Positions 1-7,153 of a DNA stretch of 64,000 nt are shown here, in pieces (within the stretch, counting starts at the first letter, position 1; every line of letters begins with the position of its first letter). The notes below the pieces were generated by a model. That model had not been told where the DNA came from. It saw only the letters and a list, made by a program, of their open reading frames with translations, and did not search any database. The position numbers were made by a program, and so were the translations under genes. Source of the DNA: Ilumatobacteraceae bacterium (GTDB lineage: Bacteria; Actinomycetota; Acidimicrobiia; Acidimicrobiales; Ilumatobacteraceae); assembly GCA_963848145.1 (NCBI GenBank), contig CAWKCN010000013.1, forward strand, positions 18,268-82,267, in the 5' to 3' direction.

Positions 1-1
1 G

Positions 2-142
2 GCGCGGACGCTGTTGCTCGGTCTGCCGCACGTCGACCCACGCGACATCGAACTCGCCGCAGCGGTCGATGCGTTCGACTTCGCCATGGAAGTCGAACGC
101 GATGAACTGGGACTCCGCCTCGTGGCGACACCGGTCGGGTAG
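2..142 (+). CDS. 3' end of an unidentified CDS truncated by the window start
   Basis: The open frame from the window edge to TAG at 140-142 reads ...LLLGLPHVDPRDIELAAAVDAFDFAMEVERDELGLRLVATPVG, which is protein-like and not Arg-rich. The antisense frame is also open but has no ATG/GTG/TTG until about position 27, so the plus strand is favoured. No family assignment. Confidence 0.3.
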   Translation, partial: ARTLLLGLPHVDPRDIELAAAVDAFDFAMEVERDELGLRLVATPVG

Positions 143-207
143 TCAGCGATCCGCCGCCGCGCCCCGACGACCTCCCCTGGCGGTCGTACCGGCAACCGGT
201 GCGGGTG

Positions 208-453
208 TCAGGAGTGCTCGTTCGGTTCGAACATCTCGAGCTGCTCCCACGTGACGGCGACATCGCTCACGACGTGCCAGCGCAACCGGCCACGAGAGCC
301 AGGTCGCCGGATCTCGACCCGCTCGGCGCGCAACGAACGAGCAGACCCGTCGGGGTCGCGGATCGCGATGCTCCCGTCGTGCTCGATCCCGACCACCCGG
401 CCGACGACCCAGCGGCCCTTGTCGGTTCGGCGGAACCGGATCGGTTCACCCAT
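208..453 (-). CDS. Hypothetical small protein (81 aa)
   Basis: An internal ATG (cat at 451-453) in the 208..1437 ORF gives MGEPIRFRRTDKGRWVVGRVVGIEHDGSIAIRDPDGS...WEQLEMFEPNEHS, with normal composition. The upstream part of that ORF is an Arg-rich shadow of the SDR gene. No recognised family. Confidence 0.45.
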   Translation of the reverse strand: MGEPIRFRRTDKGRWVVGRVVGIEHDGSIAIRDPDGSARSLRAERVEIRRPGSRGRLRWHVVSDVAVTWEQLEMFEPNEHS

Positions 454-512
454 CCGCAGCCCGAGTCGGGCGAGCGATGCGGGAGAACGGTGCATGCGCG
501 TGAGCGGTCGGA

Positions 513-1295
513 TCAGGCGCCGATGGTGCGACGCTGCAACTTGCGCATCCCGCCCAGCCAGCGTTCCGGATCGCTCGCCTTCAGCGCCATGTAGTCGGCC
601 ACCTCGGGGTGGGGGAGCACGAAGAACTGCTCGGCCTCCACGGCGTCGGCGACGTCGCGAGCGACGTCGGCCGGCTCGAGCACCACGCCGGCAGCCTTGA
701 CCACGTTGCTGCCACTGACCTCGTCGTCGCCGGCATGCAACATCGCGGTGTTGACGCCTTGCGGGCACAGGCACGTGACCTTGACGCCTGCATCGCCGTA
801 GGTGACCGCCATGTATTCGGCGAACGCCACCGCAGCACGCTTGCTGAGCGTGTACGGGCCCGACCCGATCTGCATCAGCAGTCCTGCTGCCGACGCAGTC
901 GAGCAGAAGTATCCTTCGCCACGTTCGAGCCAATCGGGGAGCAGGTACTTGGCCGCCCATCGGTGAGCGTGCACGTTGACGTCGAACGCGAGCTCCCAGT
1001 CGTCCTCCGGTGTCTCGAGCACGCCGCGTCCGGTCCCGACGCCGGCATTGCAGAAGAACAGGTCGATCGAACCGAGCGCATCGCGTGCCGCGTCGACGAG
1101 GGCTCGATTGCCGGCTTCGGTGCTCACATCGGCGGTGATGGCGATCGCCCGTTCGAGCGAGTCGGCAACGTCGTCGGCTCCGGCGAGATCCGCGACGACC
1201 ACGTTGGCCCCGCGTGCGTGGAACTCGCCGGCGAGCGCTGCACCGATACCTCGGCCCGCTCCGGTGACCACGACGTTGCGTCCGCTGAAGTCCAT
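513..1295 (-). CDS. Short-chain dehydrogenase/reductase (SDR) family oxidoreductase
   Basis: 260 aa. N-terminal Rossmann motif VVVTGAGRGIGAA, NAG motif (FFCNAGVG), and catalytic YxxxK region (YTLSKRA). Confidence 0.9.
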   Translation of the reverse strand: MDFSGRNVVVTGAGRGIGAALAGEFHARGANVVVADLAGADDVADSLERAIAITADVSTEAGNRALVDAARDALGSIDLFFCNAGVGTGRGVLETPEDDWELAFDVNVHAHRWAAKYLLPDWLERGEGYFCSTASAAGLLMQIGSGPYTLSKRAAVAFAEYMAVTYGDAGVKVTCLCPQGVNTAMLHAGDDEVSGSNVVKAAGVVLEPADVARDVADAVEAEQFFVLPHPEVADYMALKASDPERWLGGMRKLQRRTIGA

Positions 1296-1440
1296 GACCG
1301 CATCGTAGGTTCGCCCGACCGCACAGAGGCTGACCGGTGCACTCGAGCCCTGCGGCAGAGATGTGAACGTGGTGTGACACCTTCCTCACGACTGCGCACA
1401 TGCGTGTACGCAGCGCTCGACGCGGGTACCGTGTCAACCA

Positions 1441-1644
1441 ATGACTGACGAGCGCATCGACACCAACAACGAGGCCGTGATCACCGAAGCCCTGAGCGTC
1501 ATCGACGGCGCCCTGGCCAAGATGATGCAGCGGGAACTCGTGTCGACGGGTGAGGTCGCCGATCTACTGCTCGACGTGCGCACACTGCTCACGACCGAGC
1601 AGGGCGAACTCGTCGAAGAAATCGTCACCACCGACGCCGTCTGA
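1441..1644 (+). CDS. Hypothetical small acidic protein (67 aa)
   Basis: ATG-initiated ORF MTDERIDTNNEAVITEALSVIDGALAKMMQRELVSTGEVADLLLD... It has a helical, acidic, non-shadow composition. No family recognised. Confidence 0.45.
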   Translation: MTDERIDTNNEAVITEALSVIDGALAKMMQRELVSTGEVADLLLDVRTLLTTEQGELVEEIVTTDAV

Positions 1645-1688
1645 GCGTCACGGGTGGTGCCTCGGCACTGACGCGCCACCGGCCCCGG

Positions 1689-2312
1689 TCACGGTGCGAA
1701 TCGACGTGCGATCCGTCGGCCGACGAGACCGAGCAGCGACCCGACCAGCGCGCCGGCCACGACGTCTGATCCGTGGTGGATGCGGACGTAGGCCCGGCTG
1801 AGCCCGACGATCGCAGCGATCTTCCACCAGATCAGTCCGACCCTCGGGCCGTCCCAGCCGGACAGCACCATTGCAGCGAAGGCGGCCGAGCTGGCATGTC
1901 CCGACGGGAACGAGGAGGTCTTCGGTCGCCGGACCTGGAGTCGATCGTCGCCGGTCTGGGTGGGACGCTCGCGACGGAACAACCGTTTGACGCCCTGGTT
2001 GACGATCAGGCTCTCGGCGCCGAGCATCAACGCAAGCACGACCACCTGATCGGGACGGCCCTTGGCGATGCCGCGTGCGATGCCGAGGCAGTGCCAGATC
2101 AGCGAGAAGTCGCCGACGTGGCTCGCCGTGGAGAAGACCCGGTCGGCGAGGCGGTGGCCACGGAGCTGCTCGAGCAGGGCATCGACACGTTCGTCGAAGT
2201 CGTCGACATGCGGACCGAACTGACTCTGTCCGGGAACGAGCGGAATCGAACCGGCGCCGACCGGCTCAGCAGCGGCGGGGCTCGACGTGGGTGGAGCGTC
2301 GCCGGTCATCAC
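1689..2312 (-). CDS. PAP2-superfamily phosphatase (phosphatidic acid phosphatase type 2 / haloperoxidase fold)
   Basis: The three PAP2 motifs are present: KRLFRRERP (KX6RP), PSGHAS (PSGH), and SRAYVRIHHGSDVVAG (SRX5HX3D). The start (GTG 2312 or ATG 2309) overlaps the TGA of the upstream nuclease gene (GTGATGA). Confidence 0.85.
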   Translation of the reverse strand: MMTGDAPPTSSPAAAEPVGAGSIPLVPGQSQFGPHVDDFDERVDALLEQLRGHRLADRVFSTASHVGDFSLIWHCLGIARGIAKGRPDQVVVLALMLGAESLIVNQGVKRLFRRERPTQTGDDRLQVRRPKTSSFPSGHASSAAFAAMVLSGWDGPRVGLIWWKIAAIVGLSRAYVRIHHGSDVVAGALVGSLLGLVGRRIARRFAP

Positions 2313-3187
2313 GTGGAGCCCGACGCAGCGGGCTCGGCGAGCAGTGCCTGGTGGGCGGCGACGGCCTCGGTGGCAGCCAGCGACGGATCACCGTCGAACT
2401 CCGGGCACCACTGTTGGAACGAGCACCAGTCGCACAGCTTGCTCTTGCGGGGGCGGAAGTCGCCGGTGGTGCAGGCCCGCTCGACCGCCGACCACACCGC
2501 CGTCGTGCGGGTGGTGATGAACTTCACCGACTGTGCCGACGGCACCGTCTCGATCGTTTCGCCCGATGCCAGGTACATCAACCGGATCTTTGCGGGTCGT
2601 CTGCCGAACACCGCTTCGCACAGGAACGAGTAGAAGTGCACTCCGGCGAGGCTCTTCTGTTCGAAGTTTCCCGACGGTGCCCGTCCGGTCTTGTAGTCGG
2701 TGACGACGAGTTCGCCGTCGGCGTCGAGTTCGAGGCGGTCGATGATGCCTCGCAACGTCAGGTCGCCGACCGGTGCCTCCATCCAGAGCTCCAGCCCGAT
2801 CTCGCGGACGGCGGTCGGGTCTTCCATGGCGAAGTACTTGTCGATCAAGCCGTGACACTCGCGGTCGAACTTGTCGACAGCGGCGCCCTCGAGGCGAAGC
2901 CCGACGTAGTCGGGATGGGTGCGGTACTCGTCGAGCGCCGTGGTCATGTCGGTGGCCAGTGCGTCAGGTGTGCGTTCGCTCGACGGCCGTACGAACAACA
3001 ATTCGAGCGCCCGGTGCACGATGGTTCCCTTCGTGGTCGCGACACCCGGAGGTTCGGGCAGCTTCTCGATGCTCGAGAAGCGGAACTGCATCGGGCACGA
3101 CGTGAACGACGACACCCGCGACGGCGACAGCGACATCGGCACCGGAAACGTGGGTGCGGGAACAGCGGCGTCGGTCATGTCAGCCAT
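2309..3187 (-). CDS. PD-(D/E)XK nuclease, RecB/Cas4-like, with putative 4Fe-4S cysteines
   Basis: 292 aa. Contains the VVTDYKTG nuclease core motif. One N-terminal Cys (SFTSCPMQF) plus a C-terminal CDWCSFQQWC (CX2CX5C) matches the Cas4/AddB iron-sulfur arrangement. Confidence 0.75.
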   Translation of the reverse strand: MADMTDAAVPAPTFPVPMSLSPSRVSSFTSCPMQFRFSSIEKLPEPPGVATTKGTIVHRALELLFVRPSSERTPDALATDMTTALDEYRTHPDYVGLRLEGAAVDKFDRECHGLIDKYFAMEDPTAVREIGLELWMEAPVGDLTLRGIIDRLELDADGELVVTDYKTGRAPSGNFEQKSLAGVHFYSFLCEAVFGRRPAKIRLMYLASGETIETVPSAQSVKFITTRTTAVWSAVERACTTGDFRPRKSKLCDWCSFQQWCPEFDGDPSLAATEAVAAHQALLAEPAASGST

Positions 3188-3253
3188 CGTAGAGGGGGGC
3201 TGTCACACAGATGAGACGACGCCGACGTGACGACTGGTGTCGGACACCGGTCG

Positions 3254-4093
3254 TCACATCGCCGCGTCGCGGACCAGCTCGGCCATGCCGGGAGGGTCGA
3301 TGAACGGGGTGAAGTGGTTCCACTGCTCGTCCTCGATGTACCTGGCGTTCGGGAGTTGCTCGGAGATCTCGCGGGCGATGGCCGCCGGACCGAACTCGTC
3401 GACCCTGCCGGCGACGACGACCACCTTGGTGTCGATGCCGGGGAGATCGGCCCACGTGGTGTGCACGCCACCGGTGTCGAACGTTCGGGCCTCGTGTTCG
3501 CGGTCGCACTTCAGGCGAACCCCTTCCGGCGACGGACGGAAGCCGTGTGCAACGTAGAGCCGCAGTACGTCCGGATCGAAGGCCATCATCGGCGGCTTCG
3601 ACGAGTAGTTGGCGATCGCATCGCCGAACGAGTCGAATGTGGCTCGGCGCTTGCGGGCACCTCTGGACAGGACCGTGCCGTTGTTCTCGGTGCCGTGGTG
3701 CGGATCGACCTCGCGCGGAGGGAACACGATCGGCTCGAATGCCACGATCACGTCGAACAGGCCCGGATCGCGGTGGGCGGCCATCAGCAGCCCGGCGCCG
3801 CCCATCGAGTGTCCGAACCCGATCAGGCCACCATCGGGTGCCACTGCGCGTGCCGCGGCGAGTGCGTCATCGCCGTACCGCGTCCACTCGACCTCCCAGT
3901 CGTCGGGCCGGGCGGTGTCGCCGTGGCCGCGATAGTCGAGCGCGAACGACGTGAACTGGTCGCTCAGCTCATCGGCGATCGGGAGATAGCAGTACCCGTG
4001 AAAGCCGGTGGCATGCGAGAGCAACAGCGGTCGGCCCGCTCCGCCGAATTCGTGGACCGCGACACTGACGTGATCGGAGGAGACGACGCGCAC
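3254..4093 (-). CDS. Alpha/beta-fold hydrolase
   Basis: This is the C-terminal 279 codons of the 3254..5059 ORF, starting at an in-frame GTG (cac 4091-4093). It has the nucleophile elbow GFGHSMGG and an HG motif (LLLSHATGFHG). The upstream part of the long ORF is a shadow of the acyl-CoA dehydrogenase gene. Confidence 0.8.
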   Translation of the reverse strand: MRVVSSDHVSVAVHEFGGAGRPLLLSHATGFHGYCYLPIADELSDQFTSFALDYRGHGDTARPDDWEVEWTRYGDDALAAARAVAPDGGLIGFGHSMGGAGLLMAAHRDPGLFDVIVAFEPIVFPPREVDPHHGTENNGTVLSRGARKRRATFDSFGDAIANYSSKPPMMAFDPDVLRLYVAHGFRPSPEGVRLKCDREHEARTFDTGGVHTTWADLPGIDTKVVVVAGRVDEFGPAAIAREISEQLPNARYIEDEQWNHFTPFIDPPGMAELVRDAAM

Positions 4094-4133
4094 CCGATCA
4101 TCATGGCGACGAAACCGGCACCGGTGCGAATCC

Positions 4134-4164
4134 GTTACTCCTGGTGTCTGACACCAGGAGTAAC
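4134..4164. repeat. Family-1 palindrome copy 1: GTTACTCCTGGTGTC-T-GACACCAGGAGTAAC
   Basis: Perfect 15-bp arms around one central nucleotide. It lies 3 nt beyond the stop (4168-4170) of the minus-strand acyl-CoA dehydrogenase and 41 nt upstream of the hydrolase GTG. It shares the core TGGTGTCWGACACCA and GTT...GTAAC flanks with the copies at 34660-34688 and 46921-46952. Confidence 0.85.
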
Positions 4165-4167
4165 AAT

Positions 4168-5322
4168 TCAGGGTTTGGGTTCGCGGGGGAGGCCGAGGAG
4201 GCGTTCGCCGATGATGTTGCGCTGGACCTGGCTGGAGCCACCGGCGATCCGGCCACCCGGAGCGGCCAACATGCCAGCGGCGCTGGCACCGTCGAGCATC
4301 GCCTGGGGGCCATCGACGCCGCCCCGGAGCATTGCCGCATCGAACATCATCTCGGTGATGCCGAGCTTCATCAGCGACGCCGCCGTCGACGCCACCGGTC
4401 CTTGACGTCGAGCCATCGCCTTCATCGACGTGCCGCTGGCCAGCAGCGTGGCGAGCGACTGGCGTTCGACGGCTGTCAGATCCCGACCCTCGGCCAGACG
4501 CGCCATCTGATCGAGCCGGCGTTCCAGACCGATCACCGACGTGCCGATGTGGCCCCGCTCGCTGGTCAACACGGCCATCCCGACACCCCACCCACCGTGC
4601 AGCGGCCCGAGCAGGCAGTCCGCAGGCAGCTCGACGTCGGTGAAGAACACCTCGTCGAACTCTGCCTCGCCGGTCATCTGTCGCAGCGGGCGCACCTCGA
4701 TACCGGGTAGATCCATCGGACACAGGAAGAACGAGATGCCGTCGTGCTTGGGTGCGTCCTCCAACGGCCGCGTGCGGGCCATCAGGATTCCCCAGTTGCT
4801 GTACCGCCCGCCGGAGCACCACACCTTCTGGCCGTTGACGACGTACCGATCGCCGTCGAGTTCGGCCCGCGTCGACAGCGACCCCAGGTCGCTGCCCGCT
4901 CCCGGCTCGGAGAACAGCTGACACCAGACGTGCTCGGTCGTCAGCGTCGAACGCAGGTGTGCCGACTGCTGCTCCGACGTGCCGTATCGCATGATCGCCC
5001 CGCCGGTGAGCACGAAACCGACCATGTTGAACACCGCCGGCACCCCGGAGCGAGCACACTCCAGCAACCAGGCACCGTTGTGCTCGGCCGTCAGACCCTG
5101 TCCGCCGTGTTCGACCGGCCAGTGGATGCCGGCGTACCCGACATCGGTCAGTCGGCGCTGCCAGTCGAGCCCTTCGTCGACCAGGTCGGGCGGACAGATC
5201 GCGCCGTAGTCACGCGGTGCGTGCTGCCGGTTGGCTGCCAGCCAGTCCGCCGCCTGCGCCTGGAAGATCTCGACGTCGATCACGTCGGCCAGCATGGCAG
5301 TCGGCCGTGCGGTGCCTGGCAC
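4168..5322 (-). CDS. Acyl-CoA dehydrogenase family protein
   Basis: 384 aa with full-length ACAD-like sequence (…GIHWPVEHGGQGL…, …CQLFSEPGAGSDLGSLSTRAELDGDRYVVNGQKVWCSGG…). The start could instead be the internal Met (MLADVID). Confidence 0.9.
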   Translation of the reverse strand: MPGTARPTAMLADVIDVEIFQAQAADWLAANRQHAPRDYGAICPPDLVDEGLDWQRRLTDVGYAGIHWPVEHGGQGLTAEHNGAWLLECARSGVPAVFNMVGFVLTGGAIMRYGTSEQQSAHLRSTLTTEHVWCQLFSEPGAGSDLGSLSTRAELDGDRYVVNGQKVWCSGGRYSNWGILMARTRPLEDAPKHDGISFFLCPMDLPGIEVRPLRQMTGEAEFDEVFFTDVELPADCLLGPLHGGWGVGMAVLTSERGHIGTSVIGLERRLDQMARLAEGRDLTAVERQSLATLLASGTSMKAMARRQGPVASTAASLMKLGITEMMFDAAMLRGGVDGPQAMLDGASAAGMLAAPGGRIAGGSSQVQRNIIGERLLGLPREPKP

Positions 5323-5356
5323 CGGTCACCCCGGGGACGCCCTCAGGGGCAGGTCG

Positions 5357-6253
5357 TCAGGAGAGCGCCTTCAGGAAGAGAGCGGTCTCTTCGGCGATCT
5401 GCGCGGGAACCGCGTAGCCGTCCTGCTCGGTGACCGTCGCCCAGTTGGCGGCGAGGTCCTCGGGCGTGAGGTCGGTGGTGTTCGTGTAGCCGACGGTTTC
5501 GGCGATGAACACCTCGGCAACACGGCCGCCACCGACGGAGAACACCCGTCCCGTCGCGTCGCACGACTCGTGCGACAGGTACGTGACCAGTGGCGAGATC
5601 AGTTCGGGCTGGAGCTTCTCGCCGAGGCCGCCGAGGATGTCCTCGGTCATGCGCGTGAGCGCGAGCGGGGCGATCGCATTGGCCTTGATGTTGAACTTCG
5701 CGCCTTCGACGGCGAGCACGTTGGTGAACCCGACGAGCCCCATCTTCGCGGCGCCGTAGTTGGCCTGGCCGAAGTTGCCGAAGATGCCGGCGGCCGACGA
5801 CGTCGAAACGATGCGGCCGTAGCCCTGCTCGCGCATGATCTTCCACGCCGGCTGCGTGACGTTGAACGCACCGCGCAGGTGCACGTCGATCACCGGGTCG
5901 AACAGTGCGGCGTCCATGTTGTGAAACGACTTGTCTCGCAGGATGCCGGCGTTGTTGACGACGATGTCGACCTTGCCGAACGCGTCGACGGCACTCTGCA
6001 CGATCGCTGCGCCGCCTTCCGGCGTGGCAACCGAGTCGGTGTTGGCAACGGCCTCGCCGCCGGCGGCCTGGATCTCGTCGACGACGAGCTGAGCGGCGCC
6101 CTTGTCGCTGCCGGTGCCGTCGACGGAGCCGCCGAGATCGTTCACCACGATGAGTGCACCGCGCTTGGCCATCATCAGCGCATGCTGCTTGCCGAGGCCG
6201 CCACCGGCGCCCGTGATGATCGCTACCTTGCCGTCGAATCCGAGATCAGTCAT
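5357..6253 (-). CDS. SDR family oxidoreductase, MFE-2/Hsd4A-like 3-hydroxyacyl-CoA dehydrogenase type
   Basis: The start is taken at the ATG (cat 6251-6253) giving MTDLGFDGKVAIITGAGGGLGKQHAL...VVNDLGGSVDG, typical of the N-terminal dehydrogenase domain of multifunctional enzyme type 2. YGAAK catalytic motif present. Confidence 0.85.
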   Translation of the reverse strand: MTDLGFDGKVAIITGAGGGLGKQHALMMAKRGALIVVNDLGGSVDGTGSDKGAAQLVVDEIQAAGGEAVANTDSVATPEGGAAIVQSAVDAFGKVDIVVNNAGILRDKSFHNMDAALFDPVIDVHLRGAFNVTQPAWKIMREQGYGRIVSTSSAAGIFGNFGQANYGAAKMGLVGFTNVLAVEGAKFNIKANAIAPLALTRMTEDILGGLGEKLQPELISPLVTYLSHESCDATGRVFSVGGGRVAEVFIAETVGYTNTTDLTPEDLAANWATVTEQDGYAVPAQIAEETALFLKALS

Positions 6254-6302
6254 GGCGCCCAACGCTAACGGCGCGGGCCGGCAACCGAGAAAATTCGCCG
6301 GA

Positions 6303-7106
6303 TCACTGGTCGTGGACGTTGTGCCAGGCGAATCGGTCGAATCCACCCTCGGAATCGATCACCTGCCCGCGAATCCAACTGCCCTCGTCGCTGACGAGGA
6401 AGGCTGCCAGGTTCGCAACATCGTCCGGGGTGCCCCACCGGCGGTCCGGGAACATCGCCGCAACGGTGTCGTGCACCTCACCATCGGCGTAGCCGGTGTC
6501 GACCGGGCCGGGGTTGATGCAGTTGGCGACGATTCGCGACGCCGACAGGGCGTGGTCGATCGAACGGGTCATCTGGTGCAGTGCGCCCTTCGACACGGCG
6601 TACGCGATCTCGCCGTCCATCGGTCCGATGTGTTGCCCGCTCGTGAACCACAGCATGCGCCCGACCGGCGGGTCGCTCGACGGGATGCTCACGTGGCGTT
6701 GGGCGAATCGTTGCGCAAGCAGCACCACACTGCGCACGTTCACAGCCCAGCACCGATCGAGTTCGTCCGCAGTGACCTCGTCCAGCGAGGTGTGGCTCGA
6801 CCGGGCGTGCACTGCGGCCACGATGTCGACACGACCGTGCAGCTCGACGACGTCGTCGACGATCACGCGAGGGATCGCCGGGTCCTCCAGATCGTGGCTG
6901 CCGACCTCGAACGGCAGCGGATCGAGCGGCTGTTCGCCCCAGGGCATCTCGGCGTCGTGCGGCGACCAACCGGTGGCGACGACGGTCGCGCCGAGGTCGT
7001 GGAAGCGTCGGGCGATGGTCGCGGCGATCCCGATCGGTCGGGACACGCCGGTGACCAGCGCCACTCGCCCATCGAGTCGCCGGCGATCAGGAACGGGGGC
7101 AGCCAT
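6303..7106 (-). CDS. SDR family oxidoreductase
   Basis: The internal ATG (cat 7104-7106) gives MAAPVPDRRRLDGRVALVTGVSRPIGIAA..., with YAVSKGA (YxxxK) and INPGPVDT. The upstream part of the 385-aa ORF is Arg-rich shadow. Confidence 0.8.
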   Translation of the reverse strand: MAAPVPDRRRLDGRVALVTGVSRPIGIAATIARRFHDLGATVVATGWSPHDAEMPWGEQPLDPLPFEVGSHDLEDPAIPRVIVDDVVELHGRVDIVAAVHARSSHTSLDEVTADELDRCWAVNVRSVVLLAQRFAQRHVSIPSSDPPVGRMLWFTSGQHIGPMDGEIAYAVSKGALHQMTRSIDHALSASRIVANCINPGPVDTGYADGEVHDTVAAMFPDRRWGTPDDVANLAAFLVSDEGSWIRGQVIDSEGGFDRFAWHNVHDQ

Positions 7107-7153
7107 GCGACGATCCTCGCACCTCGGGGCCGGCCCGTGGCGATGGGAATGTG

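Noticed and set aside
1-152. Minus-strand reading ...HEAESQFIAFDFHGEVERIDRCGEFDVAWVDVRQ... at the window start
   Set aside because: It is protein-like, but the frame opens directly after a TGA and has no ATG/GTG/TTG until about position 27. The co-phased plus-strand frame ending at TAG 140-142 is more parsimonious. The strand call remains uncertain.
1367-1381. ACGTGGTGT-G-ACACC as a fourth family-1 palindrome copy
   Set aside because: It has only 5-bp arms and lacks the TC/GA inner pair and the GTAAC flank. The similarity could be chance. It is mentioned under the family-1 finding but not counted.
208-1437. 409-aa minus-strand ORF overlapping the SDR gene
   Set aside because: Its composition is extremely Arg/Gly/Pro-rich and it runs in a different frame through the well-supported SDR gene at 513-1295. 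This is a typical high-GC shadow ORF. Only its last 81 codons (208-453) look protein-like.
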